From a virus: a stretch of 64,000 bases of DNA. The stretch lies in the IMG/VR virus record IMGVR_UViG_3300044858_003284; one strand, given 5' to 3'. Shown here piece by piece: positions 48,442 through 60,700 of the stretch; the first letter of the stretch is position 1; each line of letters opens with the position of its first letter. Made by a program: the position numbers and the translations under genes. The notes beneath the pieces are model-generated. The model worked only from the letters and a program-made list of their open reading frames with translations. It did no database searches and was not told the DNA's origin.

Positions 48442-51269
48442 TGATTCCAGATAACACAAAAACTTCTCTACTAATACCTTATCAACTTCCCGCTTACATT
48501 CGGGACGATCCGGCTTATGGAAATTTTGTATTGTTCCTACAAGCATACTATGAGTGGATGGAACGAGAAGGTCAGGTAACTAATCGTTCAAAGAATATAT
48601 TAAACTACACTGATATCGATAATACCACAACAGAGTTTATTGACTACTTCATAAATGATTTTTTACCGTTCTTTCCTAAAGATATATTAATTGATAAGGC
48701 GAGAGCAGTAAAATATGCCAAACAATTTTATCAAGCCAAAGGCACACCGGCTTCTTATAAATTTCTATTTAAAATATTATACAACTCCGATTTTGATGTA
48801 TTCTATACAAAAGAATCGGTATTGAGGGCTTCGGCTGGTACTTGGTATATTGCCAAAAGTCTTAAACTGGCTTCATTAGATGATAACCTATTAAACATAA
48901 AACAATATCGTTTACTAGGTGAGTATTCTAAAGCGATTGCAACAGTAGAAAATTCTGTAGTTTCTGGAAATAAAACAGAAGTATTTTTGTCAAACATTCA
49001 ACGGCTGTTTGAGTCTGGTGAGTTTGTTCGTGTTGTCGATGCAAACAATCAAGATGTCTTGTTTGGTGGCCAACCACTCAGAGCAAAAATTGTTGGTCAA
49101 ATTAGTAGTATAGTAATTAGTCCAACCGCTCGTGGTTTATATTATCAACCAGGAGATCCTGTAGTTGTTTATGGTGGACTAAATGAAGATGTATTGTTTC
49201 CTATTGGTGCCAATGCAGAGATTGAAACTGTCACAACAGGACAAATTCAATCAATTAATGTAATCGATGGTGGATTTGGTTACAGTTTAGAATCTCCAAT
49301 CATCATCACACCAGATAAAGGTGCCATTGCTTTTGTTGCTTCTCTCGATCCAACTAAAGCTTCACAAATTTTAATTGCCAATAATGCTATTGCCACCAAA
49401 TCTGGTATACAAATTGGTGTTGCAAACTATGGATTTAAAAGTTATACAACCAATTTGTATTCAACAATCTATAATTCTTTAGATTTTGAAACTGTATCTG
49501 TGGCACCAATTTCTTCAGTTTTAGTTACTAACGGTGGTGGAGGTTTCTCTGCACCACCACAAATTACCACAAAAGCTTTATATTCCACAAACAATGACGA
49601 TGAAGTTACGGCAAACAATTATAGTGATTTAAAGTTTTTAGGTATTCTTGGTCCAATGGCTATCACAAACGCTGGCACAGGATACCAAGCAAATGATACA
49701 ATCGTTTTCTCTGGTGGATCAGGATATGGTGCATATGCGAATGTTATTACAGTAAGTGCCAACGGTGCCATTACAAACGTGGCCTATGTTTACGGTGAAC
49801 AGCTTTATCCAAAAGGCGGCCTTGGATATAAATTAACTGCTTTGCCAACCTTGACTGTCGTATCAGCTAATGCTAATGCAGCCAATGCCTTAATTACTGT
49901 CGCTGGTGTTTTGGGTGACGGTGCTGAATTTGAAGCAAATACAACCAGTATTGGTGCTGTATCAAAAATTAAACTGAATAGTAACGGTGAAGATTACGTT
50001 TCTACACCTATTATTTCTTTAAAAGTTCAAGATATTGCTGTATCAAATCTAAGTATTTTGAATATTCCACAAAAAGGTGATATTGCTTATCAAGGCAGTA
50101 ACGTAAACGTTGCTTCTTATTCATCGACTGTAGAATCGATTGCTCTTTTGGCACCAGATGCAAATCCAGCAAATACATTGTATAATCTACGAGTGTTTAA
50201 TTATAGTGGTCGTTTGAATACGAATGAAGAAATTAAAGTAGGCACAGTTGATCAAAATATTAACCTGAGAATGGCCAATGTTGCTTATGGTGGCCTGTAT
50301 AATTCTAGTGGTATTAAAACTTACGGTGACGGCCGTGCTCGTGCAAACACCAGATTCTTAAATGGTCTCGTTTTCAGTCAAGGACAATATCTTGATAAAA
50401 AAGGTCAACTAAGTTCGTTTGACGTATTACAGAGTGAAAACTTTAACAATTACACTTATCAAATAACCGTTGAGAAAGAGATAGCCAAGTATCGTGAAAC
50501 TTTATTAGGCCTTCTACATCCAGCCGGTATGAAAGTTTTGGGTAGATATGCTCTCAGAGCCAACTCTAATTTTACCGTCACAGAAGAAACTTTATTGTTT
50601 ACTGGTCGACCAATCATCAATTACACTGGTGAATTGTCTTTAGCCACAATCAACACAAGTTTTAATACAACCAGTAATAATATGGTTGTATTTGAAGATT
50701 TAGCTGGTGCCAATATTGCACAATTCATATTTTCAACCGGTGATGACTTATCTGTAAAATCAAATTCTGTTGTGGAGTTAACTCCAACCAATGGTCCAAA
50801 TGTTCGGTCAGAGGTAATTCATGTAGATTATACATCGAACACAGTCTATCTCAAAGACAATGTTCTATTGACTTATGCAAATGTTGCATTTGTTTCAGGA
50901 AATGTCAATTCAAACACGATAAATATAGAGACCTTGACTGGTTCTTACGATTTCGTCAACAATGGTAATTATAGCAATACACAAAATAAATTAGCAGATA
51001 TCGTATTTACAGGTGATACGGTACGAATAAGTAATGCCAATAATGATACGTTTGTAGTCGGTTCTGTCAACTATGCAAACGGTACAGTTACTTTGGTTGG
51101 TAATCTTACAGCCAATGCTAATAATGTCTTATTGTCAGTTAAAAGAACTTTATCAACCAGAGCAATACGAATATTTGGACCTGTTGGAATCCAGTTCTAT
51201 CCAGAACTCACAACAGAAGATGGACGATCTATAATAACAGAAGATGAAAGATTAATCATATTAGGATAA
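48441..51269 (+). CDS. Baseplate wedge protein gp7-like
   Basis: QLP..I, F..FL.AYYEW.E, FY.AKGT..S..FLF..LY, C-terminal LLHPAGMK. Confidence 0.78.
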   Translation: MIPDNTKTSLLIPYQLPAYIRDDPAYGNFVLFLQAYYEWMEREGQVTNRSKNILNYTDIDNTTTEFIDYFINDFLPFFPKDILIDKARAVKYAKQFYQAKGTPASYKFLFKILYNSDFDVFYTKESVLRASAGTWYIAKSLKLASLDDNLLNIKQYRLLGEYSKAIATVENSVVSGNKTEVFLSNIQRLFESGEFVRVVDANNQDVLFGGQPLRAKIVGQISSIVISPTARGLYYQPGDPVVVYGGLNEDVLFPIGANAEIETVTTGQIQSINVIDGGFGYSLESPIIITPDKGAIAFVASLDPTKASQILIANNAIATKSGIQIGVANYGFKSYTTNLYSTIYNSLDFETVSVAPISSVLVTNGGGGFSAPPQITTKALYSTNNDDEVTANNYSDLKFLGILGPMAITNAGTGYQANDTIVFSGGSGYGAYANVITVSANGAITNVAYVYGEQLYPKGGLGYKLTALPTLTVVSANANAANALITVAGVLGDGAEFEANTTSIGAVSKIKLNSNGEDYVSTPIISLKVQDIAVSNLSILNIPQKGDIAYQGSNVNVASYSSTVESIALLAPDANPANTLYNLRVFNYSGRLNTNEEIKVGTVDQNINLRMANVAYGGLYNSSGIKTYGDGRARANTRFLNGLVFSQGQYLDKKGQLSSFDVLQSENFNNYTYQITVEKEIAKYRETLLGLLHPAGMKVLGRYALRANSNFTVTEETLLFTGRPIINYTGELSLATINTSFNTTSNNMVVFEDLAGANIAQFIFSTGDDLSVKSNSVVELTPTNGPNVRSEVIHVDYTSNTVYLKDNVLLTYANVAFVSGNVNSNTINIETLTGSYDFVNNGNYSNTQNKLADIVFTGDTVRISNANNDTFVVGSVNYANGTVTLVGNLTANANNVLLSVKRTLSTRAIRIFGPVGIQFYPELTTEDGRSIITEDERLIILG

Positions 51270-51272
51270 CAA

Positions 51273-53345
51273 ATGTCAACAGTAAAAATATCACAATTAC
51301 CTTTTATAACTGAATTAAACGCTAACACAGAAAAAACTCTGATGGCTGGTGTTGATCTGGTTTCTGGTTTAACAGGTAAAATTTCAGTTCGAACTTTGGC
51401 AGAAGGTCTTTATTCCAATGATGTTTTAAATGTGGGTTCTAATCCAATTATATTAGAAAATGTTGTAGCTCAATTTACCGATTCCAGTAGTGAATATATT
51501 CAAATCAACCTACAGAACTTTGATGGTGTAGGTTCAAGTGACTATGTGGCGTCTGCAAATAATAGTGACGGTTCAAATAATTATATCGATATGGGATTTA
51601 ACGGTCCTGGTTTCAATGATCCTGTTTATTCTTCTATGTTACCTTATGATGGTTATCTATATTCACATGGACCATCACACAATGATTATCGTGGTAATTT
51701 AGTTATTGGTACAGCATCATCTAACGCTAATGTTGTGTTAATTGCTGGTGGCACACAATCAAATAATATTGTTGGTCGTTTTAATGCCAACAAGTTTAAT
51801 TTCTTTAATCAAGTAGATATTAATGATGACCTTGTTGTTACTGGTAACGTTTATGTTGATAATATTATCTTTGGTGACAGTTCAATACAAGAAACGTCAT
51901 TAACTAATCGACTTGATGCTGCATTCTTAAAAGCTAATAATGCTTTGGCAAATGTGGCAAACGCAACATTTGGGTTTAGTTTAACCAGCCCACAAACAAT
52001 TACAGCCAATATTCTTACTGCTGTTCATCGATTGAGTTTTTCTGCAAACGGATTAATTAGAACCGAAACAGGTACAGGCAACTTTAAAAACCTTTCACTT
52101 TTAACTGGTGATGAAGTCAGTACAGGTAATAGTGGTTCAATCAATATTACAACAGGTTCAGGTGGTGCAGTTAGTGGTTATGGTGGTGACATTAATATAG
52201 TTCCAGGTACCGGTAATTCTGGTTACGGAAAAGTTAATATCAATGTTGCAAGTAATGTTTGGACATTTAACACAAACGGCAGTATAAAATTCCCAGATAA
52301 TACTACACAGATTACTGCATCCGCTCCGTTCTCTTATTCAACAGCAAGTTATGGTCACGCAAATGCTGCACACGAGGGAGCAAATGTAGCATTTATTCAC
52401 GCAAACAATGCTTACGAACATGCCAATGTGGCTTTTGATGAAGGTAATGTGGCTTATGCTTTAGCTAATAGTGCATATTATATTGCCAATAATGCAATTG
52501 CAAATACTGCTGATGTGTTTACTGCTGGTAATTTCAACGTATCTGGTAATTTAACTGCCAATGGCACACTGGTTTTAGCTAATTCAAATTTTTCAGCATC
52601 AGAAGCTGCCTTTAGAATCACGGCCGCAGGAAGTTCACAAACTCCAACACAAGCCGGCACGTTAATGCAATTGACCAATAAACCAAATGTACCTGCTAGA
52701 GTGCTGATTGATTCTTTTGGTACTTCAAATTCATCATACTCTATCATTGCTGGTAGAGCTGCCAGAGGTACAGTAGATGCACCAACAGCAACACAGAACA
52801 ATGATATTCTGTTGCGTATTGCTGGTAACTCTTATGGTACTACAGGATATGCACCATTTGGTGATGCAAGAATCGATTTTGTTGCTACTGAAAATCATTC
52901 AGACACCGCTCGTGGTTCTAGAATAAGATTTTGGAATACACCAACGGGTTCAAATGTTGTTAATGAAATTGCTTCATTTAATGCCGATTCTGTTTATTTT
53001 ACTGGTACTGTGGCACCAGAAAAAGGATTCATTTATTCACCAACAATTTTGGTAGGCAACCAGACGGCTTTTACGATTGATTTTGCAACAACATCATTGA
53101 TTAAAGCAGAACTTATAGCTGATTGCACAATTACACTTTCAAATTATAATTATGGTAAAGTGGTTGAAGTTTGGTTAACTAATACTAGTGCAAATCCAAG
53201 AACAGTTACTCACGGATGTTCAGCGTTAAATTCAACCACCAATTCTACAACAATCACTATGGCAGCAACCAGTTCTGCATACCTAAGGTACTTCAGTATT
53301 AATGGTGACTTAGCAAATACATTTGTATCAGTTCAAAACGCTTAA
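51273..53345 (+). CDS. Tail fibre / virion structural protein
   Basis: MSTVKISQLP N-terminus, HANAA coiled-coil repeats, beta-rich modules. Confidence 0.65.
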   Translation: MSTVKISQLPFITELNANTEKTLMAGVDLVSGLTGKISVRTLAEGLYSNDVLNVGSNPIILENVVAQFTDSSSEYIQINLQNFDGVGSSDYVASANNSDGSNNYIDMGFNGPGFNDPVYSSMLPYDGYLYSHGPSHNDYRGNLVIGTASSNANVVLIAGGTQSNNIVGRFNANKFNFFNQVDINDDLVVTGNVYVDNIIFGDSSIQETSLTNRLDAAFLKANNALANVANATFGFSLTSPQTITANILTAVHRLSFSANGLIRTETGTGNFKNLSLLTGDEVSTGNSGSINITTGSGGAVSGYGGDINIVPGTGNSGYGKVNINVASNVWTFNTNGSIKFPDNTTQITASAPFSYSTASYGHANAAHEGANVAFIHANNAYEHANVAFDEGNVAYALANSAYYIANNAIANTADVFTAGNFNVSGNLTANGTLVLANSNFSASEAAFRITAAGSSQTPTQAGTLMQLTNKPNVPARVLIDSFGTSNSSYSIIAGRAARGTVDAPTATQNNDILLRIAGNSYGTTGYAPFGDARIDFVATENHSDTARGSRIRFWNTPTGSNVVNEIASFNADSVYFTGTVAPEKGFIYSPTILVGNQTAFTIDFATTSLIKAELIADCTITLSNYNYGKVVEVWLTNTSANPRTVTHGCSALNSTTNSTTITMAATSSAYLRYFSINGDLANTFVSVQNA

Positions 53346-53355
53346 TAAATAAATC

Positions 53356-54723
53356 ATGGCCAATAAAACACTATTAACAACTTTTGCTAAACAATTTTCG
53401 GTTGAACAATTTTATTTTTCACCGGTGACAGTTGTTCCACCATATCTTAATGTTCCATTAGCATCGTTATATTGTTTTCTTTCTAAAGTTGATCCATGGG
53501 ACGATGAAGATAATCCTCCAATACCACAACAAGATCAGAGATATATTAAACAAACATTTAAAAATATGTTTGTTGCTAAAAAAATAACAGCAAACGATAT
53601 TTCTCCAGTTGTACCAAGAGTTGATTGGAAATCTGGTGTGGTGTATGATTATTATCAAGACAATGTTAACATATTTGAAGTAGATGAAAACGGCTTTGCA
53701 AACTACAAATTTTATGTTTTAAACAAATATGGTCAGATATTCAAGTGTTTATGGAATGACAATGATTCACCTTCAACTGTAGAGCCGTTCTTTGAACCTG
53801 GTACTTATGGCACAAATAATATTTTTAGAGGTGCTGATAATTACAAGTGGAAATATCTTTATACCGTTGATGATGGATTAAAGATTAAATTTTTAGATAG
53901 TAACTGGATTCCTGTACCAATCGGTACAAAGAATCCAAATCCATTTGGTAGTGATGCCGGTTATGGAGATATACCTGCCATTAATATTACAAACTCTGGT
54001 TCTGGTTATGATCCTTCAAATGCAGCAATTTCAGTTGTAATCACTGGTGATGGAACAGGTGCCGCAGGAACGGTCGAATTGTCGAATACTTCCATTGTTG
54101 ATGTAATTATTACAAATCCAGGTACAAATTATACATATGCAAACGTTGCAATTCAATCAGCAATTGGCAATGGCGCAACAGCAATTGCATCAGTTTCACC
54201 TGTTTCTGGCCATGCCTACGATCCGATCTCAGAATTAGGTTGTACCAAAGTAATGATTTCTGTTGAGTTTAATGCCGATGAAAATGGTGCCATACCGATT
54301 GATATTGATTATCACCAATTGGGTATAATTGTTAATCCAACGACAAGACAATTATCTCCGAATCCAGCAAACGGACAAATATATAAAACAACAACAGATT
54401 TAGTTCTTGCTGCTGGCCAAGGGGTATACACTAATGATGAAATAGTTTATCAAGGCAGCACACTAGAAGGTGCATACTTTACTGGTCGTGTTCTGAGTTT
54501 TGATTCAGGAACCAACACATTAAAGCTGATAAATACAGAAGGAACATTAGCCTATAACGATTCAGTTCACGGAACGGTATCAGGCACAGTTAGAACTCTA
54601 TTAACATATAGCGTACCAAATTTTGTACCAATGTCTGGTTACATGGCATTTATTGAAAATAGAACTGGAATTACAAGAAGTGAAGATGGTATTGAACAAT
54701 TTAAGATTGTATTAGGTTACTAA
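53356..54723 (+). CDS. gp8: Baseplate wedge subunit gp8
   Basis: PW.DE..PP, VVPRVDW.SG.VYD.Y, FYVLN....FKCL.N, D.YKWKYLY, ENR..ITRS.D..EQFKIVL. Confidence 0.88.
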   Translation: MANKTLLTTFAKQFSVEQFYFSPVTVVPPYLNVPLASLYCFLSKVDPWDDEDNPPIPQQDQRYIKQTFKNMFVAKKITANDISPVVPRVDWKSGVVYDYYQDNVNIFEVDENGFANYKFYVLNKYGQIFKCLWNDNDSPSTVEPFFEPGTYGTNNIFRGADNYKWKYLYTVDDGLKIKFLDSNWIPVPIGTKNPNPFGSDAGYGDIPAINITNSGSGYDPSNAAISVVITGDGTGAAGTVELSNTSIVDVIITNPGTNYTYANVAIQSAIGNGATAIASVSPVSGHAYDPISELGCTKVMISVEFNADENGAIPIDIDYHQLGIIVNPTTRQLSPNPANGQIYKTTTDLVLAAGQGVYTNDEIVYQGSTLEGAYFTGRVLSFDSGTNTLKLINTEGTLAYNDSVHGTVSGTVRTLLTYSVPNFVPMSGYMAFIENRTGITRSEDGIEQFKIVLGY

Positions 54724-54732
54724 AGGACAAAA

Positions 54733-57700
54733 ATGGCTTTAAATTTCAACGTTGACCCTTACTTTGATGATTTTGATGATACTAAGAATTTTCATCGAAT
54801 TCTTTTCAGACCTGGTTATGCAGTTCAAGCCAGAGAATTAACTCAATCTCAAACAATACTACAAGATCAGATTTCTAAATTTGGTGCTGGAATCTACGTT
54901 GATGGTTCTAAAGTTACCGGTGGTAACATCTTTGTTGACACAAATATTATTACATGTAAATTAACTTCGGATACTACGTCAGAAGATATTTTAAACTATG
55001 TTGGTTATTATGCTGTAGGAACGACTTCAAAATTCATAGCCAGAGTCCTTTCAGTTGATGATATTAATCTTTATATTCGAACAAAATCAATTAATACCAA
55101 TAACAATAAAGCGTTTTCATCTGGTGAAACAATTAGTTTCTTCGATTCAAAGAGTGATGCTCTTAATTCTGTTATGGGTTACGAAATTGCTCCAACATAT
55201 ACAGCCACAGCCATTACAGAAACCAGTTTTACACGATTTGTTTCAGGAACATTTTTATCTAAAGATATAACTGTTTCCTCTGCTAGTATTAGTGTTGGTG
55301 ATAATATTGTTCTCACATCAATTGGTCTGAATGCTTACGTTACAGCAATTACAGGCGTTAATTCTATTACTATCAATACACCATTAACACAAGACTTGGC
55401 CAATGCAACCGTAACTGTGTATAAAAAGGCTTCAGTTCGTGCATTGGAAGTTTCTGTTGATGATGGTGTTTGGTTTACAAATGGTTATTTTGTTCGTTAT
55501 GTTGCTGACAGTATTATTCCTGACCAACTTAATGCTTTCCCATCAGTTGTTGTTGGTTTTGAAGTTACAGAAGAAATTGTTGATGAATTTACTGATTCTT
55601 CATTGTTGGATCCAGCGATTGGTGCATCAAACTATCAAGCTCCTGGTGCCGCACGTTACAAAGTGTCTTTAGAACTAGTTTACAAACCCTATGTCAGCAC
55701 ACAAGAAGTTACAAATTTAACTACAAACAAATTTATTGAATTAGTTCGAATTAATTCTGGTATTGTAGAGTCGATCAATGATACCCCAATATTTTCAGAA
55801 GTTCAAAAATCAATTGCTCGTGGTATCTACGATCAATCAGGTGATTTTTTCGTTAATCCATTTACATTATCAATTCAAGATTATTTCCAAGATGCTAACG
55901 TAATGCCTGCTGCTATTTCAACAGGTAAAGCATATATCAATGGTTTCCGTGTTGAAAAGATTGCACCAACACAATATTCTTTAGAAAAAGCAAGAGATAC
56001 AGAAAGTCTAACGGATCAAAATATTTCCACATATTATGGAAATTATACTCTAATTAAAAATATTAGAGGATCAATCATTAATTTTCAACAAGGTGTTCAA
56101 GTTGAATTACACAATGCTGCATTTGGTGCAGCAAGTTCTGCAACAAAGATTGGTACTGCTCGTATTCGTAATTTTGATTATTCGAGTGATACAGGACAAA
56201 ATTCACAATATAAAGCATTTTTGTTTAATGTTGGCTTGAATAGTAATCCATTCTCAAATGTTCGCTCGATGATTATTCCTGGAGCTTCAAACAATTATAC
56301 TAGCGTAACTTTCTCAGCCAACACTATTTCACCATATACATTGGTTGATAGTAACTACAATTCATTAATATTTGCTCTACCACAAAACAATATTGCAAAC
56401 GTAACAAATATAAATTATGAAACTCGTAGATTCTTTACTGCTCCAACATTTGTAAATGGTTCTTATACCATCAACACAAATGGTAGTAATGAGGACTTTG
56501 TTGGTGGATCCGGATCAATTAGTGCGGCTCTACGCCAATTAAACTTTGGTGTTGTTACCACTTCAGCTGGTGGCAATTATGCAGCTGGTACATTCATACC
56601 AATGGATCAGGCCAATGTTAGTATTAGTATAACAAACTCTGGGGCCGCTGCAGGACAGGCGACCATTAACATCGGTGGTGGCTTTGACGGTTCTGCTACG
56701 ATCTACGCTACCATTAGTGTGGTTGGCGATTCCATCAAGAATAAAGTTATTCAATATGATACCGCAGTTCAAGTTTCGGCAAATGCAATTGGTACACCAA
56801 TCAGTTTAGGTGTGGCAGATATCTATAACTTTAAAGGTGTCTATGAATTAGGTAATACTTCCACCTATCTTGGTAACTGGTCTCAGTATTCCACATACGA
56901 TCAAGATGTAGCAGTTGTTTATGAAAGTAATGTATACATTTCATTAACGAGCAGCAACGTTAATCAAAATCCTGAAACAGCAAATGCTTATTGGTCACAA
57001 ATTACAAATGATATCAGTCAATATTATTTAAATGATGGTCAAAAAGATGCTTTCTATGATCACGGTACAATTACAAACTTGACTGGATCTGCACAAGGTA
57101 ATGTTGTTGTCGTATTTGATCATTTCACACATTCTGGTGGTACAGGTTTCTTTACAGTAGATTCGTATCCTGTTGATTATGCTGATATTCCTTCGTTTAC
57201 ATCTCCACAATATGGTACAACATATAATTTACGAGATGTAATTGATTTTAGGCCTCGTAGAGAAGATGGCATAGGTACCTCAACATTCAGCACATATCAA
57301 CTACCAGCACCATATGAAAATATCATTACAGACTATGGATATTACCTTGGTCGTAAAGATAAGATTGTTTTATACCCAACTGGTGTATTCAAAACATTAC
57401 GTGGTGTAAGTTCTTATATTAATCCTGTTGCACCTGCTGATATACCTGGTGCATTGACATTGTTTACTTTAGAATTTCCACCATACACATTCAGTAGCAA
57501 TACAGTTATTAATACACCTACTACACTCAGACGTTATACAATGCGTGATATTGGTGTTTTAGATAAACGTATTGGTAACTTGGAGTATTATACTTCGTTA
57601 TCATTACTCGAAAAAGAAGTAACTGGTTCTGACGTTACTGATGCTAGCAACGAAAATATTTTATTTAAAAATGGATTTTTAGTTGATGGTTTCACAAGTC

Positions 57701-60700
57701 ACATTGTTGGTGATGCAGCAAATCCAGATTATAAATCATCTATCGATACATTTGAAAAATGTTTAAGGCCAACATTTAGTGCAAACGTAGCTAATTACGT
57801 AACAAATCCAACACAAGGTGCATTTAAATTAACTGCCGGTAAACAAAATAACTATTTGTTCTTGAAAAACAATATTGTAACATTCTCTTATAATGAAGTG
57901 CCTATGGTATTTCAAAATGTTGCAACAGAGATTATTAATGTTAATCCATTTGAATTGAATCGATTTGTTGGCCACGTAGATTTAACACCTTCAAGTGATG
58001 TTTGGTATGATACTAAAACAGTTCCAGTAATTACTTACAAAACTGAAGAAACATCGGCTTGGGATAATTTTGTAAGAAACGTTGGTTTAAATTCTCAAAC
58101 ATGGCAAGATTGGCAGATTCATTGGGCTGGTAGTTCAACTTATTTGACAAGACAAGTTGAAGAAAAATCAATAATTACCACTGCTGCTGGCTTTAGTGGT
58201 GGTTCATATTTCCAACAACAGAATGCGCCATCGATAAGAATGACATCTCAGAGAATGAGTTGGACACAATTACCTGGTGTTCAGTCAACAACAAGAACTA
58301 ATCAAATAGTTTCTAGCGCTGTTGTTCCTTACGCCAGAAGTAAGCCAGTTCAATTCAATGTTTATGGCATGGCACCAAATTGTAAATTGCATGCATTTAT
58401 GAATGGAATCTGTATTGATTCTTACGTTACTCCAGATTATAATTCTACAACTGGTATTCCGTTTATCGATATCGTAAGTGGTGGTTCTGGATTAACTAAC
58501 GGAGATAATTTATCAATCATACAGGTTACAGGCGCAAATACGATTCCTGCAATTGCACGTGCAAACGTTTCTGGTGGTACAATTACAAGTGTTCGTATGT
58601 TACAAAACGGCCGTGGTTATGATTTGACTACTGCAAACGTGGCTTTGACAACATCTTCTTATGCTGTTGCTCCTGTTCTAAGAATTAGACAATCTGCATT
58701 TACTGGTGCAGAACTTGTAACGAATATTCACGGTGCAGCTTCTGGTACAATTAACATACCAAACGATGCTCTTGTTCATTTTCCAACTGGACAATTACTA
58801 GTCGAGTTCTCAGATAACTTTTTAAGTCCATCTAAGTCACAAACATATGCAAAAGCAATATTTACCGCAAAAGGTTTGTTGCCCGAAAGTGAAGATGTTG
58901 TTAGCACAAGGCCTCCTGTTACAACACCACAAATTCCTCCTCCACCTCCACCACCAATTAAGCCTGTGCCTCCGCCAGCACCTCCGGCACCTCCAGCTGT
59001 GGTATTGCCTCCACCACCACCTGCACCAACACCTGGTCCAGGAACTTATGGTGTTGCAATTCGGCCATCTACACAAGTTTATGGTGGTAGCACAACAATT
59101 TATGCTTATTTGAATTCTGCTGCTGGATCAAATACAACATTTAGTGTTCCTATTGTTAGCACGATTCCTGGTGTTTCAGACTTTACTGCCAACGTTACTG
59201 TATATACAGGTAGCACGTCAGGTCAAACAACATTGAATCTCTCTGGTGCTTCAGGTGGAACAGGCGGTACATTGTCTGGTACATCAACGACACAAAATGG
59301 TTACACATTTACAGGAAGTCAAGCTAGCTTTACAATGTATAACCAAGCAACAACAGCATCAACTGTAACTGCAGCAGCTGCATTTGTTGCTGACGCTTAT
59401 AATAACACATCTCTGAGTTTTGCTGATGGTAAAGCATTGATAACATCACAAATACAAACATTGATGACAACAAGTGGTGTATCTGCTGCCAATTCTGATA
59501 TATTAATAGATATCACCGAAAGCTTTGGTACAGGAACAAGCGCATCCAATGATGGATTATATGGTGCTCTATACTCTGCTACTGGTCAAATACCAACAGG
59601 AACACAGATGGCGGCTGCTTATCTGTATGCTTATCAATTGGCACTATCTGGTGATGAAGGTTGGGAAGCAAATACTGTTGTTAAGATTAATGACACAGTT
59701 TCGCAATATGGTCCAGAACAATTAGGAACTTTGGCTGGACAATTTGCTACTGATCCAAGTAATTCTTCTCAGTATTCAACTGCAAAAGGATCTGTTGGTA
59801 ATTGTGCATTAGATGGTATTGATCCATTATCACAAAACTTCTTTGTTAATCCAATACAATTCCCAAGAGGTGTATTCATTTCTTCTGTAGATTTACATTT
59901 TGCTACAAAAGATTCTGTTTCTCCTGTTAGTGTTCGTATTCGTCCAACAGTTAATGGATATCCTGATGCTGAGACCGATATTCCAGATTCGGTTGTTTAC
60001 TTGAATCCGAATGAAGTTGTTGTTCCAGATTCAACACTTATATACGAAAGTCTTGGATTACCAACAACATTTACATTTAGAAACCCAATCTATTTAAAAC
60101 CAGGTCAATATTCTTTGATGGTTGCAACAGATTCTAAACTCTATAGTGTTTATGCTTCTAAAGTTGGTGAAGTTCAATTTGGTACAGACAAGATAGTTTC
60201 ACAAGTAACTTATAGTGGATCATTATTCAGATCACAGAATGCTTCGACATGGGTTGCTGCACCAAATGAACAGTTAGCATTTAAACTTAATATTTGTGAT
60301 TTTGCTGGTGGTCGTGCAACATTTGATACTACATCATTAGCATCTGCACCGGCTATCGAATATGACTTACTGAATTTGATGACACAAGATTTAACATTTA
60401 GTAATTATGGATCAATTGGATATAAAACTCTGACTGTAGATAAAGGAACTTCTGTTCAATCTGGTGAAGTTAGTGTTTTTGCCAATGAAGATAATGCTTA
60501 TAACACAAGACAAATTCAATCTGCTAATGGTAATATTATTATTCGTTCAACAATTGAAAACGTTGATAAATGGACTTCTCCAGTTATTGATTTAGAGCGT
60601 TTGAATGCAATATTAGTTAAAAATAATATCACACCTTATGTTAACGAAGCTTCCAATACTGCATTAGAACTTTTACCTGGATTTGGTAACAATGGAAGTG

